A stretch of 64,000 nucleotides of DNA. It comes from Thermoplasmata archaeon. Its GTDB lineage: Archaea > Thermoplasmatota > Thermoplasmata > UBA10834. The notes below the pieces were generated by a model that was given only the letters and a program-made list of their open reading frames with translations, did no database searches and was not told the DNA's origin. This document shows positions 18,448-26,304 of the stretch, in pieces. The position numbers and the translations under genes are program-made. The stretch's first letter is position 1; each line of letters opens with the position of its first letter. The stretch lies in NCBI GenBank assembly GCA_029864565.1, contig JAOTTD010000001.1:208-64207 (forward strand). Direction: 5' to 3'.

Positions 18448-19188
18448 GTGAAGCTGAAGAATTTCAACCTTGCCATGGGCCTTCTGCACCTATTCCAGGG
18501 CGCGCTGATGCTCTGGCTCGCCCCGCCTGGCAAGGGTCAGATATGGACCACATTCCTGGACTATGAGAACGGGCAGATAGTATCCGTCCAGGATGTGATC
18601 GCCTCGGTGCCCCTGGGACCGCTCGTGGCATCGTTCCTGTTCGTATCTGCGATAGCGCACTTGTCACTGGCCACGTACGCCTACGAGTGGTACGTGGCGA
18701 ACCTGAGGAAGGGAATCAACTACGCCAGGTGGGTCGAGTACGCCATAAGCTCATCCATCATGATAGTGCTCATCGCCATATTGGTCGGCATATTCGAGCT
18801 CGCCAGTCTGATGCTGATATTCGCCCTGAACGCGACTATGAACCTGTTCGGCTTGATGATGGAGCTGCACAACCAGACGACGGAGAAGACCGACTGGTCC
18901 GCTTACATCATGGGCTGCTTCGCGGGGCTCGTGCCATGGATAGTCCTCGGCATATACTTCTTCGGCGCGATATTGCACAGCCCAGATTCCGTGCCTCTGT
19001 TCGTTTACGCGATATACTTCATGCTAGCGGCGTTCTTCAATGTATTCGCCATCAACATGGCGCTACAGTACCGCGGCAAGGGCAAATGGGCTGATTACTT
19101 GTACGGCGAGAAGGTGTACATCATCCTCAGCCTGACGGCGAAGTCGACGCTCGCGTGGCTGGTGTTCGGCGGTACCTACAGGTTCTAA
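18448..19188 (+). CDS. heliorhodopsin
   Basis: 246 aa with seven hydrophobic helices. Blocks match my recollection of HeR 48C12: RWVEYAISSSIMIVLIA (counterion Glu97, codon 18736-18738), GLVPWIVLGIYF, YRGKGKWADYLYGEKVYIILSLTAKSTLAW (Schiff-base Lys232, codon 19141-19143), plus His14 and His71 equivalents. GTG start. Confidence 0.9.
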   Translation: MKLKNFNLAMGLLHLFQGALMLWLAPPGKGQIWTTFLDYENGQIVSVQDVIASVPLGPLVASFLFVSAIAHLSLATYAYEWYVANLRKGINYARWVEYAISSSIMIVLIAILVGIFELASLMLIFALNATMNLFGLMMELHNQTTEKTDWSAYIMGCFAGLVPWIVLGIYFFGAILHSPDSVPLFVYAIYFMLAAFFNVFAINMALQYRGKGKWADYLYGEKVYIILSLTAKSTLAWLVFGGTYRF

Positions 19189-19227
19189 ACAGCGCTCGAA
19201 GATCCACAAGAAACCCTTCGCGCCAGT

Positions 19228-19476
19228 TCATCTGCCTCTGTAGTCGTGACCACAGTACTGACACGCGTTGGCGTCCCACGATATCGACCTGCCGCAGGAG
19301 ACGCATCGCCTGTGTGAGGCGGCGGTCTGAACCTGTTTGCCCGTGGGCTTTTCGGCAGGTCTGACTAGCTTTCCACAGTAGCCACAGAAGCGCATGTCGT
19401 CAGGAACATCCTTTCCGCAAGTGCTGCACTTCAATACGATCTCCCCGCATACACCATTGGCTACCGCTCTATTCAA
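19228..19476 (-). CDS. double zinc-ribbon protein
   Basis: Two CxxC...CxxC units (CSTCGK...FCGYCGK and CVSCGR...CQYCGH). Last gene of the flpA-nudix-rps15-recJ string. Confidence 0.7.
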   Translation of the reverse strand: MNRAVANGVCGEIVLKCSTCGKDVPDDMRFCGYCGKLVRPAEKPTGKQVQTAASHRRCVSCGRSISWDANACQYCGHDYRGR

Positions 19477-19481
19477 CTTTC

Positions 19482-20825
19482 TCAGTCAAGCTGACGGCCC
19501 ACGATCGAATCGCAAGATGCGATGAAGTCTTCCTTCTTGTTCGCGGGTATCGTCGCGCCCGACGCAACCGCGTGTCCTCCGCCGCCGCCGCCGACGCCTT
19601 CAGCCGCCTTCTTTAGGGCGGCGGCGAGGTCGAGCCCCTTTGACACCAAGTACTTCGTCCCGCGGCTGGAGACCTTGATCTTGCTGCCGACGGTCGACAG
19701 CGCCAGAGTTGGCTTGGCCTGGTCGAGGATGTACTGCATCGCGAGCCCGCACTCGGCGCCGGCCATAGACGCTACCGGAGCTTCGAAGTGCTGTATGTGG
19801 TCGCGCTGCTCGACGCCTTCGGTCTCGATGAACATGAGCCGGTCCCTCAGCCTGGCGTTGTACTCGCTCCTGAGAGAGTCTGCCTCGTCCCTGGCACCCT
19901 TGTCGCCCAAGCACAATGCCAACCCAAGCGACTCGTGGCCGAGCCTGCCGCATGCGTTGAGCAGGTCTGCGAGGTCTGCTGCGCTCAGCTCCATCGTGGG
20001 GATCCACATTACATCGGTCACCAGCTCCTCGACGGTCTCCGGACGGCATCCCTGGCCCATGAGGCGGAGAGAGAGCATCGACGTCAGTTTGCGCCTGTAG
20101 AAATCGTCCAACGAGCCAAGGGCGGTATCGGGGTTAATCTTCATTGAGTCCAAGAAGGCAGTCACGTTCTCCCCTCTGCCAGATAGTCCGACGAAGTACG
20201 GGTCCACCGAATCCGCGATGGCCTTGAAAATTGTCGTGCCTTTCAGATTGAGGCTCTTCTGGATTGACAGATACTCCTTTTCAGCCGCCTGGTCGAGCAC
20301 CTGCTGGTTCAGGCCCTTCATCCCACCCATGTGCTGTCGGTCCCCCACCGCGCCAGCGAGGGCGATCGGGGATAGGGCCCAGTTACGCGGGTCGAGGGTG
20401 ATGGCAAGAAGAAGGCTGAGGGTGGATGAGCACGCCTCGGTCATGCCGTTGATGCCGTGAAAATGCGGGTTGACCTGGAGCACCTTTCTTGACTTGCGCA
20501 CCGGCTTGTGGTGGTCCAGTGCTATGGTGACGCCCTCGAGTGTCTCCAGCTTGTCTATCTGGCCAGAGCCCATGTCGAGGAATACGACCATGTCGTTGCC
20601 CTCCTTGGTCAGCCTGTCCATGAGGTCGTCATCGAAGCCCTTCGCCATCGTGAGATGGAACTGCCGGTCCTCGCGAGCCAACGCCCCAGCGAGAACCGCC
20701 CCTGCGGCGATGCCGTCGGCGTCGTAGTGCGTCACGACCCTGAGCTGCCCGTTCGAGCGCAAGGCTTTCGCCACGTGGCCGAGCGCTTCTGAGAATTCTG
20801 CCGGGAGAGTCACGCTCCCGCTCAT
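19482..20825 (-). CDS. RecJ-like DHH/DHHA1 phosphoesterase (archaeal GAN/Cdc45-RecJ type)
   Basis: VVTHYDADGIAAGAVLAGAL (DHH motif I/II region), FLDMGSG, LDHH and C-terminal GGGGGHAVASGA (DHHA1). It lies next to rps15, a linkage I recall as conserved in archaea. Confidence 0.85.
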   Translation of the reverse strand: MSGSVTLPAEFSEALGHVAKALRSNGQLRVVTHYDADGIAAGAVLAGALAREDRQFHLTMAKGFDDDLMDRLTKEGNDMVVFLDMGSGQIDKLETLEGVTIALDHHKPVRKSRKVLQVNPHFHGINGMTEACSSTLSLLLAITLDPRNWALSPIALAGAVGDRQHMGGMKGLNQQVLDQAAEKEYLSIQKSLNLKGTTIFKAIADSVDPYFVGLSGRGENVTAFLDSMKINPDTALGSLDDFYRRKLTSMLSLRLMGQGCRPETVEELVTDVMWIPTMELSAADLADLLNACGRLGHESLGLALCLGDKGARDEADSLRSEYNARLRDRLMFIETEGVEQRDHIQHFEAPVASMAGAECGLAMQYILDQAKPTLALSTVGSKIKVSSRGTKYLVSKGLDLAAALKKAAEGVGGGGGGHAVASGATIPANKKEDFIASCDSIVGRQLD

Positions 20826-20832
20826 GAGCTCA

Positions 20833-21288
20833 TCACTCTACTTGCAGTGCGGCGGTAGACAGCGAGTAGTTCCATCCTTCCGGGAGGACACCCTCTCGCT
20901 TGTAATACTTCACCAGCCTGCGGATCTTGGACTCTATCAGATGCATTCCGCGGATGTTGTGCATGTCCTTCTTGTTGGTCTTGACATGGCCGCTGAGCTT
21001 GACCGCCCGTCTCATAAGGGCGGTGAGATCCTCTGGCAACTCGAACTTGACACCCTTCTCCGCGCAGATCTCCTTCATGCTCATCCCCGTCACGAGCCTC
21101 ACGTTGGGAACGGCGTGTTGGTCACGCAGTATAAGCCCTATCTTGGCCATGGAGATACCCTCTCCGGCCATCTTCGCCACCAAGTTCTTTACCTCCTCTG
21201 GCGACTGCTGAACCCATTCGGGGACCTTATCTGTCAAAGGCCTCTTCGAGCCAGAGCGGCCGCGTCGGCTGGCATGCATCCTCGACAT
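20833..21288 (-). CDS. rps15: 30S ribosomal protein S15 (uS15, eukaryotic S13e type)
   Basis: MSRMHASRRGRSGSKRP...PEWV...IGLILRDQHAVPNVRLVTG...DLTALMRRAVKLSGHVKTNKKDMHNIRGMHLIESKIRRLVKYYKREGVLPEGW. Confidence 0.95.
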   Translation of the reverse strand: MSRMHASRRGRSGSKRPLTDKVPEWVQQSPEEVKNLVAKMAGEGISMAKIGLILRDQHAVPNVRLVTGMSMKEICAEKGVKFELPEDLTALMRRAVKLSGHVKTNKKDMHNIRGMHLIESKIRRLVKYYKREGVLPEGWNYSLSTAALQVE

Positions 21289-21295
21289 TGTGTAT

Positions 21296-21718
21296 CTACT
21301 CCGATGAAAGGGGTTTCATAAGTGGCGAAGCAGAAGCGCTTATACCCTTCCTTCTTTTAAAGCTTTCTACGGCATCTCGGGCCATGGCCAGCACCCGCTC
21401 GTACTCCACCAACGGGAAGGACAGGCCCCCGGGCAGCTCGCGGAAGGTCTTGACCTCGGTTATCTCCTCAGGAAGCGGCGAGGAGCGCGTGGCATTACGT
21501 ACCACACCAGCGAACACCGTCCCCTCTCCAAGGTCTATCTGTTTGACTATGTCGAAGCCCATGCCGGTCTCCTCCTCGAACTCCCTGATGGCGGCGTCGC
21601 GAGGGGCCTCGCCCTCCTCGACATGCCCTCCAGGCATCTCCCAGCCCCGCCTCCGGTGGCGGACCATGACGAAACCGTCACCGTCGAATGCCACCGCATA
21701 AACGAACCTGTGCGTCAA
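21296..21718 (-). CDS. NUDIX hydrolase
   Basis: Nudix box GGHVEEGEAPRDAAIREFEEETG. It overlaps the flpA stop by 4 nt. Confidence 0.85.
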   Translation of the reverse strand: MTHRFVYAVAFDGDGFVMVRHRRRGWEMPGGHVEEGEAPRDAAIREFEEETGMGFDIVKQIDLGEGTVFAGVVRNATRSSPLPEEITEVKTFRELPGGLSFPLVEYERVLAMARDAVESFKRRKGISASASPLMKPLSSE

Positions 21719-22440
21719 AGGCCGGCCTCCACAACGAACGCCGCATGGTCTTTGGAGTAGCGCTCGAGTTCCACCGCCTCCACCACATGCAATCCCTCTG
21801 CCGACAGCTTCCCCTTGACTTCGGCGAACACCCTTCTTGGGTCGCGGTTCACATCGACGCTGCGCGATTTGAGCATGAGAACGCCAGCGGGTGCCTCGAA
21901 ATGCCGCATGTTCGTCAAGAAGATGTCAGTCTGCTGCCGCTGGGCGATGTCTTGGTAGACGAAGTCGACTCGTTCTACCATGGAGTCGAAGCCCTCCGGA
22001 AGAGAGGCGTCGGCCATTATTGGTATCATGTTCGATCGAACCTCGCACAGGCCGACGAGGTCCCTGAACGATCGCTGAGAAACCTCCACGCAGTAAACGA
22101 TCCCTTCTGAGCAGATGTCCGATACATGAGACGCTGTCGTACCGGAGGCAGATCCGAGGTAGAGCACTCTGCTGTCCCTCTTCAGTGGCAGCTCCCGCTC
22201 GCAAAGCAGGAGCAGCGCGGCGAGCTTGGACCTCATCGGATTCCACTGTCTGTGTTCAATCCCATCGATATCGACGAGGCGCTCGCCGTACACAGTCGCG
22301 CCTGGCACGGCATTGGCCGTGAACAACGAGTCTCCATGTCGCACCACGTTGGGCAGAGGCCCTGTGTTCGAGGAGGTCAATCGTCCGTCGCTCATCAGCT
22401 GGTCGAAGACTTCCACCAATAAAAGAGTTATACACGGCAT
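21715..22440 (-). CDS. flpA: fibrillarin-like rRNA/tRNA 2'-O-methyltransferase
   Basis: VYGERLV...RQWNPMRSKLAA...VLYLGSASGTTASHVSDI...VYCVEVSQRS...IPIMADA...VDFVYQDIAQ. The start may be the internal Met (22395). Confidence 0.9.
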   Translation of the reverse strand: MPCITLLLVEVFDQLMSDGRLTSSNTGPLPNVVRHGDSLFTANAVPGATVYGERLVDIDGIEHRQWNPMRSKLAALLLLCERELPLKRDSRVLYLGSASGTTASHVSDICSEGIVYCVEVSQRSFRDLVGLCEVRSNMIPIMADASLPEGFDSMVERVDFVYQDIAQRQQTDIFLTNMRHFEAPAGVLMLKSRSVDVNRDPRRVFAEVKGKLSAEGLHVVEAVELERYSKDHAAFVVEAGL

Positions 22441-22455
22441 ATCATTGACACAGCG

Positions 22456-22932
22456 ATGGTCGAGGAGGACATCCAGGAGCAGATCAAGTCCCTCTCGGAG
22501 AAGATGGAGGGACTCGAAGAGTCGATGAGGAAGGTGGCCACGCCGTACTCGCAGCTCCTCGAGTATCTCGAGAGGTTCCAGAAGATATCCTCCAGCTACT
22601 TCCGACTAATGGACCTCTACCAGAGATACGGCGAGATATCTCCCGACCTGCTCGTGCCTGGCGTCAAGGACTCGATATCCAGGGAGATCGTCAAAATACT
22701 GTTCGACCGTGATGGGCAGAACACATCCCAGATAACCGAGAAGCTCAAGAAACGCAGAGGGACATCCTCCAGAAGGATCGTGCGCGAGCGACTGAAGAAG
22801 CTCCAGGAAGACGGCGTCGTGGTGACCCGTGGCTCGGAGAGGTCCAAGGTGTACTGGCTCGCTGAAGATTATGTCAAGAAGTGGTACGAGCTCCTTGGCC
22901 TCGGCCTCGGCAAGAAGGAGCAGAGTGACTAA
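22456..22932 (+). CDS. winged-helix transcriptional regulator with N-terminal coiled coil
   Basis: REIVKILFDRDGQNTSQITEKLKKRRGTSSRRIVRERLKKLQEDGVVVTRGSERSKVYWL is a wHTH-like segment. It is divergent from flpA. Confidence 0.65.
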   Translation: MVEEDIQEQIKSLSEKMEGLEESMRKVATPYSQLLEYLERFQKISSSYFRLMDLYQRYGEISPDLLVPGVKDSISREIVKILFDRDGQNTSQITEKLKKRRGTSSRRIVRERLKKLQEDGVVVTRGSERSKVYWLAEDYVKKWYELLGLGLGKKEQSD

Positions 22933-23026
22933 TCATTGGCCACTTTTGCCCAGTTCTTTCAAATACGGATTCTTGTCATAGTACATTCGAGAGGCCCGGG
23001 AGAGGGCCGACGGAAGGTGAAATGAA

Positions 23027-23395
23027 ATGAGTTGGGACGATGACGACATGGATGCGGAGAAGCTGAAGGAGATACTCGGGGTCGTATCGAGCGAGATACC
23101 GAAACTCGTCGAGGCGATCACGAAGACCCTGTACAATCAAGAGAACGCGGAGAACATGGCCAAGTCGGTGGCGCAGTTCTACAAGTCCATGAGGGACGCG
23201 GGAATGGACGACGCCCAGGCGTATGCTCTGACCAAGCAGTTCATGTCGAACGTCAGCGTCGGTGGACTCATCGCGAAGGCGTTCACCGCTGGAAGCGACC
23301 ACGACGACGATGACGGCATTGACAAGAAGATCGAGAAGGAGATCGAGAGCCGAATCAAGGCCAAGCTGAAGATGGACAAGGATGAGGATGAGTGA
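23027..23395 (+). CDS. hypothetical acidic protein
   Basis: 122-aa ORF, helical-looking, with acidic termini (DDDDMDAEK..., DHDDDDGIDKK). Its end overlaps the next ORF by 14 nt, suggesting an operon. Confidence 0.5.
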   Translation: MSWDDDDMDAEKLKEILGVVSSEIPKLVEAITKTLYNQENAENMAKSVAQFYKSMRDAGMDDAQAYALTKQFMSNVSVGGLIAKAFTAGSDHDDDDGIDKKIEKEIESRIKAKLKMDKDEDE

Positions 23396-23660
23396 CCGCG
23401 CCGAATATCGGGCCGACCTGCCGAGGATGGTCGGTACGATTGGCGCCAAGGCTCCTGGGATGTTGATAAGGCTGGGGTTCTCCTATCTCAGGCACAAGAA
23501 GAGCACCCAGAGGGCCTACAACACTTTCGTCAGGACGCTGGAGAGTAACGGAGTTCCCGAGGGCTTCGCGAGAGAGCTTGGGGAGATATACTCCTCCGAC
23601 ATCAGCGTCAGGAAGCTGATCAACGGCGGCAGGTTCTCGATGCTCGGCATCTTCAAATGA
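23382..23660 (+). CDS. hypothetical protein
   Basis: 92-aa basic ORF overlapping the end of 23027..23395. I recognise no family. Confidence 0.45.
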   Translation: MRMSDRAEYRADLPRMVGTIGAKAPGMLIRLGFSYLRHKKSTQRAYNTFVRTLESNGVPEGFARELGEIYSSDISVRKLINGGRFSMLGIFK

Positions 23661-23705
23661 TGAGAGCGAAGTCAGGAAACTAATATAGTCGATAGGCCTG
23701 ATACT

Positions 23706-24491
23706 TTGGCCGTGAAGGCCGAGCTGAGCAATATAGCGGACGAGGTAATGCGCAAGTACCATGAGCTGCCCATGGATTTCGCGGGGCATGTCAAGGTCGG
23801 CAGGGGGGCGAGTGGCTCCGAGACCTCGAAGATAGACAAGTTCGCGGAGGACGCGGTCATCGAACATGTGGCGCACGAAGGTCTGGACCTCAACATCCTC
23901 AGCGAGGAGGTAGGGCACATCGACAGAGGTGCGAAGAAGACCCTCGTGCTCGACCCGATAGATGGGACCCTCAATTGCACCCATGGAATACCGTTCTTCT
24001 CGGTGTCGTTGGCGATATGCACCGACCGCATGAGCGATTGCGACCACGCGTTGATCAGGAACCTGTACACGGGCGATACCTACTACGCCCGCAGAGGCGG
24101 GGGCGCGACGCTGAACGACCACAGGATAGGCGTCTCGAGATATCTGGCGGACGAGTCCATATTCATCATCTACGATGGCAAGGACGCCGGCACGGAGACA
24201 GAGGTCGTCAGGAACCTGCCGAGCAGGGTCAGGACCATGGGCTGCGCGTCGCTCGAGATGTGCCTCGTGGCGCAGGGTGCCGTCGACGGGCACTACATGA
24301 ACTGCTCCAACCCCCGAAGGATGATACGCATAGTCGACATCGCGGCGAGCGCGTTGATACTGCGCGAGGCGGGCGGAGAATTGTGCGACCTAGAAGGTAA
24401 CAAGTATGACGTTAGACTCTCACTAGACGACAGGAAGAACTTCCTCGCCTACGGCGACCCAGTCGTTAAGGAGTTGGTCCTACGAGGATAG
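23706..24491 (+). CDS. suhB: inositol monophosphatase / FBPase / NADP-phosphatase family protein
   Basis: ILSEEVG, LDPIDGTLN, the WVLDPIDGT-type motif and the GCASLEMCLVAQG region. TTG start. Confidence 0.9.
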   Translation: MAVKAELSNIADEVMRKYHELPMDFAGHVKVGRGASGSETSKIDKFAEDAVIEHVAHEGLDLNILSEEVGHIDRGAKKTLVLDPIDGTLNCTHGIPFFSVSLAICTDRMSDCDHALIRNLYTGDTYYARRGGGATLNDHRIGVSRYLADESIFIIYDGKDAGTETEVVRNLPSRVRTMGCASLEMCLVAQGAVDGHYMNCSNPRRMIRIVDIAASALILREAGGELCDLEGNKYDVRLSLDDRKNFLAYGDPVVKELVLRG

Positions 24492-24571
24492 GCATAATTG
24501 GCACCCCGGATCTGGACAGGTTCAAGCCTGTTGCTGACGGCGTCCTCAGAGCCCTCAAGGGGCACGAATAC

Positions 24572-25309
24572 GTGCTCGAAGCCGAGACGGCTGCCGCTCT
24601 CGGCAAGAAGGGGGTCCCGCTCCCGAGCATGGATGTCGATGTCGTAATCTCAATCGGCGGCGACGGGACCGTCCTCAGAACCCTGCGGCATACCGAGCTG
24701 CCCGTGCTTGGGGTTAATGCGGGAGTTCTTGGCTTCCTCACGGAGGTCAAGCCCAACGAGATACAGTCTTCGATCGAAAGGCTGCTGAGAGGAGACTATC
24801 ACATAGACGAGAGAATCAAGCTCACGACGACCATGGACGGACGCCGTCTGCAGGACGCGGTCAACGAAGCGGTCATCCACACCGCTCACATCGCCAAGAT
24901 GCGGCATTTCTCGGTATCCGTCGATGGGCAGCCGGCGACGGAGCTGCGCGCTGACGGCGTCATCGTCGCTACACCCACGGGGTCCACATGCTACGCTATG
25001 AGTGTTGGCTCATCCATCGTCGACCCGCGGGTTGAGGCGCTGGTCATCGCCCCGATAGCGCCTTTCAGACTGGCGGCGAGGCCGTTCGTGGTCCCCGCGA
25101 AGAGCAAGATAAGCATCACCATCGCGGAGCCTAAGGAGTGCACGATGGTCATCGACGGACAGGAGGTGCTCGAGATGGGCGGCAGCGAATTGCTCGAGTT
25201 CACGGCGTCAGAGAAGAAGGCGAGGTTCGTCAGCTTCGAGGACGACTTCTACAAGGACCTCCAGGAGAAGCTGATTGCGTTCACCCCGCACGCGGTCCAC
25301 CGTCATTGA
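24572..25309 (+). CDS. nadK: NAD kinase (first canonical start; a conserved N-terminal strand lies upstream, see findings)
   Basis: VVISIGGDGTVLRT, GVNAGVLGFLTE, VNEAVIH, DGVIVATPTGSTCYAMSVGSSIVDP. Confidence 0.9.
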   Translation: MLEAETAAALGKKGVPLPSMDVDVVISIGGDGTVLRTLRHTELPVLGVNAGVLGFLTEVKPNEIQSSIERLLRGDYHIDERIKLTTTMDGRRLQDAVNEAVIHTAHIAKMRHFSVSVDGQPATELRADGVIVATPTGSTCYAMSVGSSIVDPRVEALVIAPIAPFRLAARPFVVPAKSKISITIAEPKECTMVIDGQEVLEMGGSELLEFTASEKKARFVSFEDDFYKDLQEKLIAFTPHAVHRH

Positions 25310-25329
25310 CTGGAGCGAATGGAGTAGCC

Positions 25330-25860
25330 ATGCAATCATGGAAGTTGGCGACTGTCAGGATTGGTTACGCCAAACGATGGTTCATATTGGGCAACGTCGC
25401 GTGCGCCGCCATGATCACACTCGCATTGTCCCTCGCGCTAGTCGCAGTGGAGGATTTCACCGTCGCGTTCTGGCTCGTCGTCGCAGTGTCTGTCGCGGCT
25501 CTGCTGATTCTATTCCCGCTTCCATGCATATTCACATATCACATAGCTGGCGAGCGCTCCCTGAGACTTCACATGGGTCTCATCATGAAGGTCGACGTGC
25601 CGTATTCGATCATCCGCGAGGCCTTGCGGGGGGAGATAAGGAGAGGCATACTCAGCGTCGGCATAGGTGTTCGGTACAACGACAAGACCGGGACGATGTT
25701 CGTGGTGTCTTCCTTCGACAACATCGTCTTGCTCAAGCTCGGCGAGGAGCTCAAGGTAAGGGCGTGGAGGCCGCTCGTCCACGAGATCGTTTTCAGCGTG
25801 AAAGACGCTGAGGGGACGATTGAGCTGCTATCGTCCAAGATGAAGCGTGACGAGGGCTGA
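25330..25860 (+). CDS. membrane protein with two TM helices and a bacterial-PH (YdbS/bPH_2)-like domain
   Basis: MQSWKLATVRIGYAKRWFILGNVACAAMITLALSLALVAV...FWLVVAVSVAALLILFPLP is followed by a soluble domain of about 110 aa. The ATG at 25330 is preceded by TGGAG. Confidence 0.6.
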   Translation: MQSWKLATVRIGYAKRWFILGNVACAAMITLALSLALVAVEDFTVAFWLVVAVSVAALLILFPLPCIFTYHIAGERSLRLHMGLIMKVDVPYSIIREALRGEIRRGILSVGIGVRYNDKTGTMFVVSSFDNIVLLKLGEELKVRAWRPLVHEIVFSVKDAEGTIELLSSKMKRDEG

Positions 25861-25863
25861 CAC

Positions 25864-26268
25864 ATGCCGCTCTTTGACTTCTCGAATGACCCGCGAGCCA
25901 AGGTCGACCGCATCCGCAGGCGGACGCTGAAGATGATCATGGAAGCTTCGAAGTCCTCCTTCCCGAGCGAGTTCGCCGCGTTCCTGCGTGCGGAGGAGGG
26001 CGTGATCAAGGAGTTGATGCTCCTCCCAGGGACTGTCTCAGGCAACTCCCACGCTATATTCAGGATGAGCATGTTGCCAATCGACTTCACCGTCGTAGGG
26101 ACGATCCATTCGCATCCTTCGGATACGAGCCTGCCATCGGACGCGGACCTCGATCTGTTCAGGAGATACGGATGGGTCCACATCATCACGCACGCGCCTT
26201 ACGAGATGGACTGCTGGACGTCCTACAGCGGAAGGGGCGACATAATCGAGCTGAAGGTCGTCGACTGA
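25864..26268 (+). CDS. JAB1/MPN/Mov34 (JAMM) metalloprotease domain protein
   Basis: An upstream Glu (PSEFAAFL) and a complete JAMM motif, HSHPSDTSLPSDAD. Confidence 0.85.
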   Translation: MPLFDFSNDPRAKVDRIRRRTLKMIMEASKSSFPSEFAAFLRAEEGVIKELMLLPGTVSGNSHAIFRMSMLPIDFTVVGTIHSHPSDTSLPSDADLDLFRRYGWVHIITHAPYEMDCWTSYSGRGDIIELKVVD

Positions 26269-26304
26269 CCGGCCCAGTAGCAGTGCGAATTCTTCTCTGA
26301 GACC

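Noticed and set aside
24470-24495. Programmed -1 frameshift fusing the suhB-like and nadK reading frames.
   Set aside because: There is no X-XXY-YYZ slippery heptamer near the suhB stop (…GAG TTG GTC CTA CGA GGA TAG), and I saw no obvious downstream stem. A near-cognate start, a split fusion or an assembly indel are more economical explanations.
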